A DNA stretch of 61,323 nt, the filler included. It is 5 parts of 5 records of this genome, joined end to end, with 100 filler letters (N's around TTAATTAATTAA, not from the genome) between each part and the next. Parts side by side here need not be neighbours in the genome. Positions count along the whole stretch, not along the records: positions 11,442 to 26,797 come from DRR723986_4023; positions 26,898 to 40,776 come from DRR723986_4028; 3 more parts are not named here. One strand, 5' to 3'. Below, piece by piece: positions 21,118 to 29,704 of this stretch. The translations under genes were made by a program, and so were the position numbers. Every line of letters begins with the position of its first letter. Position 1 is the stretch's first letter. The notes under the pieces are model-generated. The model did not search any database. It saw nothing but the letters and a program-made list of their open reading frames with translations, and was not told where the DNA came from.

Positions 21118-21405
21118 ATGGCCAGATTTCCCTACTACCAGAGCAACGTCAAAGACCTTGGCAAACTCATCGCCAGGGCAGCGACCGACGAAAACTTCCG
21201 ACGCGAGCTCGAGCGAGACCCGTTAGCCGCAATTTCCAATATTGGCCTGCCGAAAGAGACGGTGGCGCTCATGCGGTTCAAGATCGTCGATCAGAAAAAC
21301 AATCCGAACGCCGTAGCTCTGCCTTTTCGTCTGAACGAAGAAAAGCTGAACAGTGCTAATGAGGAGTATCTGAAAGCTCTGTCTTCGACCTTCGCGCTAA
21401 ATTGA
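21118..21405 (+). CDS. Second NHLP-like protein (95 aa) without a Cys tail
   Basis: KLIARAATDENFRRELERDPLAAISNIGLP closely follows the NHLP consensus; C-terminal 26 aa align without gaps to the first paralog. Confidence 0.75.
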   Translation: MARFPYYQSNVKDLGKLIARAATDENFRRELERDPLAAISNIGLPKETVALMRFKIVDQKNNPNAVALPFRLNEEKLNSANEEYLKALSSTFALN

Positions 21406-23391
21406 ACCGGAACCGTCGAACAGGAACCGCTGCACCAAGGCTGCGCCCTTGTCGAAATCGTTTCGCACTTTCTCGTTCTGGAAGAAATTGATCTTCTTTC
21501 TCCAGCTCTTGGGGTCCTGCGCAAGCTCGGGAGAGTTTTTCAGCAAGGCAGCACGGTTTTCACCAAAGCGCTCAAGCGTTTGCATGGCTTCTTCTTCTCG
21601 CCCGGCACAGACCAAAGCGGCCACACGAGTGGTCAAGCCACTGATACCAACCCCGGCGCCCCGCTCTATCTGCTTTATCGCGCTGTCGTAATCTTCCGCG
21701 GCAAAATAGATGTTCGCCAGGTACTCGTAGAAAACGCGGGGAACAAACGCGAAGAGTGAGAAAGCTCTTTCAGCCGTAACGCGTGCTTCGTTGATGTCGC
21801 CGGAAAAAGCCAGGCCCTCTGCGACGGACATCAGGTTGGCCGGATCAGCCGAGCTCAGACGGCCGGCGTTCTGGAATGCTCTTCGCGCCTCGTCAGGCAT
21901 ATTGGACAGAATAAGTGCCCAACCATAAACACGCTGATTTACCGCCTGCCAGGGATCGAGCCTGATCGATTTTTCGGCAAGGTTCAGGAGATTGTTTTCT
22001 TCACCGGAAAACGTCTTATCCATGAGCGGGAAATGCAATTCCTGCTTCATGATGATTGACGCTTTGCCTGCATACGTCATCGAGAACGAACGATTTGTGC
22101 GCTCCAGATCATCCAACAAGCGCATCGCTTTTTCGTCGGATTGCGGCGTGAAATCCCACAACAGGGCTTCCGCCTGACACCAACGGGCGAAAACGGATGT
22201 TTTCGCGGGGTTTCTTAGTCTGCTGGTCGCGTGGTTATGGATGCGGCTCACAATCTGGCTCGCAGCCGGCACCAGACCGTCCCAGTATTGCAGGTCAATT
22301 ATCTCGTTAAAGACAATCTGACCGTTGCCCCTGTCCTCGAACTGGACAACCACTTTGCCCGATCGCTCGTCATGCCGGAACCTGAGCAGATAACAGCCAA
22401 GTTCGTGGCCTTCCATCAAGGTTGGACGTGGCACGTTTTCTTCGCCGAAATACTCAGATTCAAACAGCTCGAACGACCGAAACGAGGAAAGGCCGGAAAC
22501 GATTTCCTCTCGCAGATGGATCGCGTCGTTCAGCCCTTTTTTCAACAGGGATGACGAGACAATGGAAATTTCTGGCAAGGGAACGAAGTCATCGTAATTT
22601 GGCAGGAACCCTCGGTTTCCGCCGCTGTTGCCATCACTTCTACCAACCGGCACCGGAGAAGGTTCGACCTCCGATGCGATCAGCAGCTTCCGCGTCTCCT
22701 CATCGGGCTCAGCATCCAGATGGAGCCGCATTTCCCTTTCGCAAGACCTGAGCTGCTGTTCGGCGCGCTCGGGCTGGCCCAGATTCATGTAGAGACGAAT
22801 AAGAACGCGATGGGCCGCTTCAAACGCGGGATCGAGCTTCAGGACAAAACGCGCCCCGGCCTCTGCCTGCACACCCCCGTCTTCCGTGGATATCCTGTTC
22901 AGATGCTTGAAGGCGGCGCTGATGAGTTCTGAACGCACCCGTTCACGCTCGACCGTCAGCCACTCGGAAAATTCAGAATCGATATCGTCGTAGCCGGTCA
23001 GGAACTCGCCGCGCCACAGTTCCCCCGCCTTGCGGAAATCAGCTGCCTGCCCACGTTCCAGAAGCGTATTCATGGCCATGAGATCAGACGCAAACGCCGA
23101 TGGGTCGAGTTGAATGTGACCTGGCGCTGAGCGCACTACATCGATGCCTGCCGTTTCTTCGGCGCTCTTCAATTGGCGCAATGCCTGACGCAAGGATTGC
23201 ATTGCCTTGTGGCGGTCTGTCCCGCTCCAAAGCAAATCCGCCAGTGCTTCCCGGGGCGACGCCATACCGCTCATGCGGCTCAGATAGCCCATGATCGCCA
23301 GAGCCTTGCGGGTTTTGACCGCCACAGGTTCCTGGTCGCTATCAAGGAGCAAAGGCCGCCCAAGGCATGCAAAGCAGGACGCGATTGCCAT
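21397..23391 (-). CDS. SARP-like transcriptional regulator (wHTH + BTAD + TPR-like C-terminus)
   Basis: TRKALAIMGYL, REALADLLW, SLRQALRQLK, LWRGEFL, DPAFEAAHRVLIRLY and LDAEPDEET are BTAD hallmarks; helical repeat C-terminus; GGGGA RBS before ATG 23391. Confidence 0.87.
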   Translation of the reverse strand: MAIASCFACLGRPLLLDSDQEPVAVKTRKALAIMGYLSRMSGMASPREALADLLWSGTDRHKAMQSLRQALRQLKSAEETAGIDVVRSAPGHIQLDPSAFASDLMAMNTLLERGQAADFRKAGELWRGEFLTGYDDIDSEFSEWLTVERERVRSELISAAFKHLNRISTEDGGVQAEAGARFVLKLDPAFEAAHRVLIRLYMNLGQPERAEQQLRSCEREMRLHLDAEPDEETRKLLIASEVEPSPVPVGRSDGNSGGNRGFLPNYDDFVPLPEISIVSSSLLKKGLNDAIHLREEIVSGLSSFRSFELFESEYFGEENVPRPTLMEGHELGCYLLRFRHDERSGKVVVQFEDRGNGQIVFNEIIDLQYWDGLVPAASQIVSRIHNHATSRLRNPAKTSVFARWCQAEALLWDFTPQSDEKAMRLLDDLERTNRSFSMTYAGKASIIMKQELHFPLMDKTFSGEENNLLNLAEKSIRLDPWQAVNQRVYGWALILSNMPDEARRAFQNAGRLSSADPANLMSVAEGLAFSGDINEARVTAERAFSLFAFVPRVFYEYLANIYFAAEDYDSAIKQIERGAGVGISGLTTRVAALVCAGREEEAMQTLERFGENRAALLKNSPELAQDPKSWRKKINFFQNEKVRNDFDKGAALVQRFLFDGSGSI

Positions 23392-23571
23392 CAATTCCCC
23401 GTAATTGAAATGCACGCTTCAGCCGTCGCCTTCGCGCAACCGCGAATATCACGCAACCTGAAACACAACAGCACCTTATCACGCTCATTTCACGCTGCAA
23501 CAGCATGCTTTAATCGGATGGTCACAGCAGCGACGCTGCAATCGGCAAATCAAATACTGGTGGGTAGTAAA

Positions 23572-23826
23572 ATGTCTAAGACCGTTAGCAAATCGGACCG
23601 CACTGAACTCGAGCAGGAGCCTGCAATCGAGGCGATCAAGCGCATGATCCGCTACACGAAAAAAGAATCGGACAAGGACGGCCGTACGTTCTGTTCCTAT
23701 TTCCTAGATATGGCTCTTCAGTCCCTGGAAGATGGTTCCGAGGACGTGGACATGATCCTCAAAACAAAGATCACGCCGCTCATGGTTGGCCAGAAGGTGG
23801 AATCGGGAAAGTCCGAGACGCTCTGA
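23572..23826 (+). CDS. Small hypothetical protein (84 aa) divergent from the BTAD regulator
   Basis: ATG 23572; helical pattern with YFLDMA; followed by a terminator. Confidence 0.6.
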   Translation: MSKTVSKSDRTELEQEPAIEAIKRMIRYTKKESDKDGRTFCSYFLDMALQSLEDGSEDVDMILKTKITPLMVGQKVESGKSETL

Positions 23827-23853
23827 CCTTCAGGCGAATCGCGGTCTGGAAAC

Positions 23854-23898
23854 ACCGCCGTGCTCCTATATTGCAGGGGCCGGCGGTTTTTGTTTTTT
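23854..23898 (+). terminator. Intrinsic terminator
   Basis: ACCGCCG...CGGCGGT stem followed by TTTTGTTTTTT. Confidence 0.6.
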
Positions 23899-24018
23899 GC
23901 AGGCTTTTTCCAAGTACCCGACTTGAACGTCCAGTTTAGGACATCTGCACGGCAGGAAGCCTTTCCACGCATGGTAGAGGCATCGAAGCTCAGGACTTAT
24001 TCAAAAAAATCAGGGAGA

Positions 24019-24095
24019 TGGCGACTCCGGCAGGATTCGAACCTGCGACCATTCGCTTAGAAGGCGAGTGCTCTATCCAGCTGAGCTACGGAGCC
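24019..24095 (-). tRNA. tRNA-Arg(UCU)
   Basis: GGCTCCGTAGCTCAGCTGGATAGAGCA...CT-TCT-AA...GGTTCGAATCC...CGCCA; 77 nt with encoded CCA. Confidence 0.97.
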
Positions 24096-24331
24096 AATTT
24101 CTCAGGAACGCAAACCGTTCCCAGATGAGACTATCAGGCAGTATCTCTGAGGCCTGCCAGACGTTCATGCAAACTTGAATCGAGACCAAACGTCCGGAGG
24201 CAACCCGATCCGGCGATCGCCTCCACTGCCCTAATGCGTCAAAAACCCGGCTCGTGTCGATTCGAAATCGGCGCTTTCAACAGACAATCCGATCTCTTAC
24301 CGAACAGGTCAGAGGAGCCGAACGTTCTTGT

Positions 24332-24637
24332 TCAGTGGGTCCAGGGCGCAGACCGGTTGAATTTGAAATTGTCCGCATAGGCAGACCCGCGCACTTTGCG
24401 TTCCTGGGCTTTCTCAACCCTGTGCAGAATGCCATGGCGCTTCGCATATGCGACAGCTTCTTCTGAAGTCTCGAAATAGAGCCGGATTTGCTGCTTCATG
24501 TCGGAAGACGACGTGTAGCCCATCAAAGGTTCGACGGACTTGGCGACCTCCGGCTCGTAATCCAGCACCCATCTCTGGGTTTTCGCCTTGCCTGACTGCA
24601 TGGCGGTTTTCGCCGGACGGTAGATACGCGCAACCAT
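24332..24637 (-). CDS. ETC complex I subunit (NDUFS4-like)
   Basis: ARIYRPAKTAMQSG, EPLMGYTSSSD and YADNF motifs. Confidence 0.93.
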   Translation of the reverse strand: MVARIYRPAKTAMQSGKAKTQRWVLDYEPEVAKSVEPLMGYTSSSDMKQQIRLYFETSEEAVAYAKRHGILHRVEKAQERKVRGSAYADNFKFNRSAPWTH

Positions 24638-24985
24638 GTGACAGTGCCCTCAAGTCTGAATATGTGAGATGCAATTCCTTACAGCAGCTTTTTCCCGCCT
24701 TTGCCGCCGGTGTCAACACCGATATTGGCCGCAACCCGCAATCTTCGGTTCGGCGACGACTCATTTAACAGCACAAGTATGTATTAACGGTGTTGGTGGA
24801 GAGGCGATTTATGACATTCACGTAACATGACATGGAGGCGCAACTCATGCTATTAACTACCCTAACGTGAACTTGTCTGGAAGACGCCGATTTTCGGAAC
24901 GCAGTGCAGGTTCAAAAAATACAGAATCGCAGGGCCGGACAGCCTGAAAGGGCCGATCCAAAGATCAAAACGATAAGGCTTTGAC

Positions 24986-25234
24986 ATGCATTACGAATTT
25001 CTGAAAAGACTGGAAGGCTATGTTCCGGAACATGTTCGGCCGGTTACCAGAGCGCCGAAAAAAATTGCGCCGGTCGAACTGAAAGCGGCGATCGACGACG
25101 CCAATCTCACTGAAATGTGGGACATGATCCTGACGCTGGACTATTCGGTTTCCGATCCCACCGATCTGTCACCGGAAAAACGCGACGAATTCCTGAATGT
25201 CATGTCGCTGTTGTTGAAAGCCTTCGACCGGTAG
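24986..25234 (+). CDS. Hypothetical protein (82 aa)
   Basis: Clean ATG ORF with protein-like composition and no overlap with neighbours; no family recognised. Confidence 0.6.
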   Translation: MHYEFLKRLEGYVPEHVRPVTRAPKKIAPVELKAAIDDANLTEMWDMILTLDYSVSDPTDLSPEKRDEFLNVMSLLLKAFDR

Positions 25235-25321
25235 AAATGGTTATTGGCAAACGGCCAAACATGTGCGGTGTCCCTGGTCGATTTTTACCGGATGGAACAA
25301 ATCAAAACATGAGAGAGGACT

Positions 25322-25828
25322 GTGCTAACACGCCCTGATACTCATTTTTCGGAACTCGGCACACAGGCCATTGAAAAAGGGCTTGCCGACCCGGCTGTGT
25401 CTGCGTTCTACGACAGCATCATGTCGACCGATGCGGTTCAGATCCAGCAATGCCTGAAACCGTTCCTGCCTCATTTGAGCCTTTGCTCGGACAAGATGCC
25501 CGGCAACGCTCCCCCTCCGATATTCTATGTCGGCAAGGAAAGTGGGCAGCGACACTTGTTCGGCGAAGACTGGGCAAGCCCGGCGACACCCGCCTGCGGT
25601 CTGCGCACACCTGATCCGGACCTGGAGAAGGCTTCGGCGGAAGGTTATCGCAAGGCTTTGGAAGGCACGCCTTATTACGGCTACGCCCACACGAAAATTC
25701 AGGTCAATGGCGAACTCTATGAAGTTGCGTTCGAGCGGTTGATCGTCGCCGTGCGACCTTCGTTGCAATCCGATCTTCGCTTCTGCGCCTACCTGGGCGT
25801 CATTCAGGATCTTCAGCGGACGTCCTAA
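25322..25828 (+). CDS. Hypothetical protein, possible PAS-like (PAS_5-type) domain
   Basis: GAGGA RBS before GTG; FLPHLSL...FYVG...FERLIV pattern resembles stand-alone alphaproteobacterial PAS proteins. Confidence 0.5.
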   Translation: MLTRPDTHFSELGTQAIEKGLADPAVSAFYDSIMSTDAVQIQQCLKPFLPHLSLCSDKMPGNAPPPIFYVGKESGQRHLFGEDWASPATPACGLRTPDPDLEKASAEGYRKALEGTPYYGYAHTKIQVNGELYEVAFERLIVAVRPSLQSDLRFCAYLGVIQDLQRTS

Positions 25829-26519
25829 GGATAAGTTTTACAAGGCCGTGTAGATCTCCTCTGGTGGCATAGACCAGCCAGTCATCCGGCCTGATATGTC
25901 CAGGCGCAATCTCCCAATGCGTTCCGCGTGGCACGAACCTGCGGTAACCGACCCGGATGCCAAAGCCTTTTTCTGCGCTTTTTGCGGCCATCAGGCCATA
26001 GAGATAGTCCGGCGACCACTTCAATAGTGAGAGCAGAAACCCCAACTGGGTCAAAGGCTCGGCAAGGCCCTGCCCCCGGATGTCCCGTCTCAGCCAGAGA
26101 TTGCCGTGATAGACGATACGCCCGCGCATGAAATAGGCGTCATGCGCGTGCTCTGTCCCGAACCGAACCTGAGGGTTTGGATCGACAAAGATCCTGCGTT
26201 GCTGCTGATGCCAGTGCTCGGCAAGGCTCCTGTCTTTCAGGTCTTCCACCTTTGCAGCTTGCACAGACACGACGTTACCATGGTTGTTGACGGCCCCTAC
26301 CCAGAACGCGGTCGTCCCGTGCAGGTCGAAAAACCGCGGTGAAAAATCTTCCATCAGGTATTTGTCTTCGGTGCTCCGGACGGTTTTTTCGAAAAGCGCA
26401 AAATCCGCGCTTTCCTTCAGAGAAAGCCCGGCCTTTTCAATTCTGGACTGCAGTACGGCTATCGCCGCCGATACATCCAGCGTCGCCTGGTCGTCAGGAT
26501 CCGGTATCATCAGCCCCAT
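25800..26519 (-). CDS. Hypothetical protein, possible GNAT/acyltransferase-like fold
   Basis: YHGNLWLRRDIRGQGLA resembles GNAT motif A; start uncertain (26510-26636). Confidence 0.55.
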   Translation of the reverse strand: MGLMIPDPDDQATLDVSAAIAVLQSRIEKAGLSLKESADFALFEKTVRSTEDKYLMEDFSPRFFDLHGTTAFWVGAVNNHGNVVSVQAAKVEDLKDRSLAEHWHQQQRRIFVDPNPQVRFGTEHAHDAYFMRGRIVYHGNLWLRRDIRGQGLAEPLTQLGFLLSLLKWSPDYLYGLMAAKSAEKGFGIRVGYRRFVPRGTHWEIAPGHIRPDDWLVYATRGDLHGLVKLILRTSAEDPE

Positions 26520-26740
26520 CCGGCGCGGCCTGCATGCCGTCGCAAGCGGCGTCACTCCCACAGGCATTGGAAACGCCCGTCTGACCAGTCTGTTATGCGG
26601 CGATAAGTTGCACAAGACGCCTGCGTAGCTTGGCACTAGTTATCCCGGCCTTTAGGCACGGAACCACAGCAAGCGCATGGATTTGCATTGCAAAGCCCAG
26701 CGAACGCGTACCGCATCACATCGATTATCAGGAGAACGAA

Positions 26741-26797
<57 letters not shown>

Positions 26798-26897
26798 NNN
26801 NNNNNNNNNNNNNNNNNNNNNNNNNNNNNNNNNNNNNNNNNTTAATTAATTAANNNNNNNNNNNNNNNNNNNNNNNNNNNNNNNNNNNNNNNNNNNN
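26798..26897. other. Artificial contig spacer
   Basis: N-run with TTAATTAATTAA. Confidence 0.98.
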
Positions 26898-26898
26898 G

Positions 26899-28155
26899 AC
26901 CGCCTATGAAATGATGCTGTCGGAATCTCAGGAACGCATGCTCATGGTGCTGCGCCCCGAGCTTGAAGCAGAAGCGAAGGCAGTCTTTGACAAATGGGAT
27001 CTGGATTTTGCCATTGTTGGTGAAACACTGGCCGATGACCGGTTCCTGATCATGCTGAACGGCGAGGTCAAAGCCGACCTGCCGCTCAGCAAACTCGCCT
27101 CCACCGCCCCCGAATATGATCGCCCTTGGGTCGAAACGCCCCCCGCCGAACCGATGGGTGATGTGCCGGGCGTCGATCCGATTGACGGACTCAAGGCGTT
27201 GATCGGTGATCCGAACTATGCGGCTAAATCATGGGTCTATGAACAATATGACACCATGGTGATGGGCGACACGGCGCGCAATCCCGGCCTTGGCGCGGGC
27301 ATCATCCGGGTGCATGGCACCGACAAGGCGATTGCTTTCACCTCTGATGTGACCCCGCGCTATGTCAAAGCGAACCCCTTTGAAGGCGGCAAACAGGCGG
27401 TCGCAGAGGCCTACCGCAACCTCAGCGCCGTGGGATCACGGCCCCTGGCCACCACCGACAACATGAACTTCGGCAACCCCGAAAAGCCGCAGATCATGGG
27501 CCAGTTTGTGGGTGCCATCAAAGGCATCGGCGCCGCAGTTGAGGCGCTGGACATGCCCATCGTGTCAGGCAATGTCTCGCTCTACAACGAAACCGACGGC
27601 ACCGCGATCCTGCCCACGCCCACCATCGGCGCAGTGGGGCTGCTGGATCACACCGACGATCTGATCGGCTGCGAGGTCCGCGAAGGCCACGTGGCGCTGG
27701 TGCTGGGCGACACCGAGGGCCACCTTGGTCAATCGGCACTCCTCGCACAGGTCTTTGGCCGCGCGGACGGCGATGCACCCCATGTCGATCTGGCCGCAGA
27801 GAAAGCCCACGGCGATTTCATCCGCGCCAACCGCGACCTGATCAAAGCCTGCACCGACCTCAGCGATGGCGGGCTGGCACTGGCCGCCTTCGAAATGGCC
27901 GAAGCCGCCGGCGTTGGCGTCACCCTGGATGCCGCCGACACACCAACCCTCTTTGGCGAAGATCAGGCCCGCTACCTGATCGCCTGCAACTTTGATCAAG
28001 CCGAAGCTTTGATGACCGCCGCAGGTGCCGCAGGCCTGCCCCTGTACACAGTGGGCAAATTCGGCGGCAGTGATGTGTCCTTCGGCGGCACCTCCGCCCC
28101 GCTGGAAGAGCTCAAAACCATCTACCGCAACACCTTTGCGGACACTTTCGCCTGA
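26899..28155 (+). CDS. purL: Phosphoribosylformylglycinamidine synthase subunit PurL (5' truncated)
   Basis: [42 protein letters not shown] and LFGEDQARY motifs. Confidence 0.97.
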   Translation, partial: TAYEMMLSESQERMLMVLRPELEAEAKAVFDKWDLDFAIVGETLADDRFLIMLNGEVKADLPLSKLASTAPEYDRPWVETPPAEPMGDVPGVDPIDGLKALIGDPNYAAKSWVYEQYDTMVMGDTARNPGLGAGIIRVHGTDKAIAFTSDVTPRYVKANPFEGGKQAVAEAYRNLSAVGSRPLATTDNMNFGNPEKPQIMGQFVGAIKGIGAAVEALDMPIVSGNVSLYNETDGTAILPTPTIGAVGLLDHTDDLIGCEVREGHVALVLGDTEGHLGQSALLAQVFGRADGDAPHVDLAAEKAHGDFIRANRDLIKACTDLSDGGLALAAFEMAEAAGVGVTLDAADTPTLFGEDQARYLIACNFDQAEALMTAAGAAGLPLYTVGKFGGSDVSFGGTSAPLEELKTIYRNTFADTFA

Positions 28156-28384
28156 TCCTTTGGGTCCGGAGCCGCCCTTGCTTGCGCACGGGCGGCCCAA
28201 ACCGCACGTCACGATCAAGCCAAATCGCCGAGGGCCCCCGCAGGGGATACGGCTATTTGACTTGAACGGGGCGGACGGTTTGGGCAGACAGGGCTCAAGC
28301 AAGGGATGCACCCAAGACCCTTTGGGTCAGGTGAGCCCGCAGCGAAATATCTTCAAAATCAAAAATCGAATGCGGCGCAGCCGC

Positions 28385-29644
28385 TCAATGGTCCATGGCC
28401 TGCAACAGGCGCTGCTTTTCACCGCTGTCATCAGGCCGCGACAGGGCTTCGGCCAAGGCCTCCAACGATCCAATCGAATGACCGGCGCGGAAACTGTCCA
28501 CATGGGGCAACATCGCGCGAATACCCGCCGCCTTGGGCGCAAATCCGTCCCAGCGCAGCAGCGGATTCAACCAGATCAACCGCCGCGCTGTCAGGTGCAG
28601 ACGCTGCATCTGCCGCGACAGATCTTCTGGCGCGTCCCGGTCCAACCCATCGGTAATCAGCAAGACAATCGCGCCCTGCCCCATCACCCGGCGCGACCAA
28701 TCGCGATTAAACGCTGCAAGGCTGGCCCCGATCCGGGTGCCGCCTTCCCAGTCCTGCGCCTCGGCCCCCGCCGCCGCCAGCGCCGCATCCACATCGCGGG
28801 TGGCCAGATGGCGGGTGATGTTGGTCAGCCTTGTGCCAAAGGTAAAGGCATGCACCCTCGCCCAACCCACCCCTTGTGCGTTGCTGACCGCATGCAGAAA
28901 ATGCAGGATCATCCGCGAATACTGGCTCATGGAACCGGAAATGTCGCAAAGCACCACCAGATTGGGATAACGCGGGCGCGGGGTTTTGAGCGCCAGATGA
29001 TGCATCTCCCCGCCTTTGCGCAGCGCCCCGCGCAATGTGCGGGCGGCATCAATGCGCCCGCGCGGTGCAGCCATGGCCCGCCGCGATGGCAAGGGTTTGA
29101 CCGGCAGCGTGAGCCGCGCCAGCATGCGCTTGGCCTGCGCGATTTCGGCAAGGCTCATCTGTTCAAAATCCAGTTGGCGCAACCGTTCGGTGGCCGACAT
29201 GGTCAGGCTGGCGTCCACTTCCAAGAGCGGATCATCCTGAGCGCTCTCGTCTTCATCCTGCGGCAGGGGCGCCTCTGCGCCGTCTAACAAAGCCTCGGCC
29301 GCGCGTTTCTCGGCCGCCTGGGCCGGTCTGTCCTCCTGTACCCCGCGGATCGCAGGCAACATCGCCGACATCATATGTTCCAGATAACGCGGATCGCGCC
29401 AATACAGCCGGAAGATCTGCGCAAAGACCCGGCGGTGTTCGGGTCGGTTCACAAAACAGGCATGCAGGGTCCAATAGAAATCCCGTTTCTCGGTGAACCC
29501 CGCCACCTGCACGGCGCGGATCGCGTCAATCACCCGTCCGGGGCCAATCGGCAGCCCGGCCCGCCGCAGGGCGCGGGCGAAATGGGTGATGTTGCCGGCC
29601 AGTTTGGGGTCATCCGGCAGATCGAGGGGCAGATGTTCAGCCAT
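28385..29644 (-). CDS. coxE: VWA domain protein, CoxE-like
   Basis: MIDAS motif DISGSM, FGTRLTNIT, GGTRIG, ITDGLD and LIWLNPLL. Confidence 0.85.
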   Translation of the reverse strand: MAEHLPLDLPDDPKLAGNITHFARALRRAGLPIGPGRVIDAIRAVQVAGFTEKRDFYWTLHACFVNRPEHRRVFAQIFRLYWRDPRYLEHMMSAMLPAIRGVQEDRPAQAAEKRAAEALLDGAEAPLPQDEDESAQDDPLLEVDASLTMSATERLRQLDFEQMSLAEIAQAKRMLARLTLPVKPLPSRRAMAAPRGRIDAARTLRGALRKGGEMHHLALKTPRPRYPNLVVLCDISGSMSQYSRMILHFLHAVSNAQGVGWARVHAFTFGTRLTNITRHLATRDVDAALAAAGAEAQDWEGGTRIGASLAAFNRDWSRRVMGQGAIVLLITDGLDRDAPEDLSRQMQRLHLTARRLIWLNPLLRWDGFAPKAAGIRAMLPHVDSFRAGHSIGSLEALAEALSRPDDSGEKQRLLQAMDH

Positions 29645-29657
29645 GAATGGCTGATTG

Positions 29658-29704
29658 GAGGCTCTGCCTCCAAACCTCCGGAGTATTTTTGGCCAAAAAG
29701 GGGG
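29658..29704. repeat. Possible Rhodobacteraceae REP-like intergenic element (single copy here)
   Basis: GAGGCTCTGCCTCC hairpin followed by CCGGAGTATTTTTGGCCAAAAAG palindromic end; recalled resemblance only. Confidence 0.3.

Noticed and set aside
20747-21405. Nitrile hydratase alpha subunit fragments
   Set aside because: No CxxCSC metal-binding motif and no beta subunit. The YcaO context favours NHLP-like proteins.
23173-23571. N-terminal extension of the 217-aa ORF 23173-23826
   Set aside because: It overlaps the BTAD regulator in antisense. ATG 23572 is the more plausible start.
18938-24330. Prophage or integrative element at tRNA-Arg
   Set aside because: No integrase, transposase or duplicated att sequence visible.
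24760-24870. TTAAC half-sites as a CtrA box
   Set aside because: The spacing does not match TTAA-N7-TTAA.
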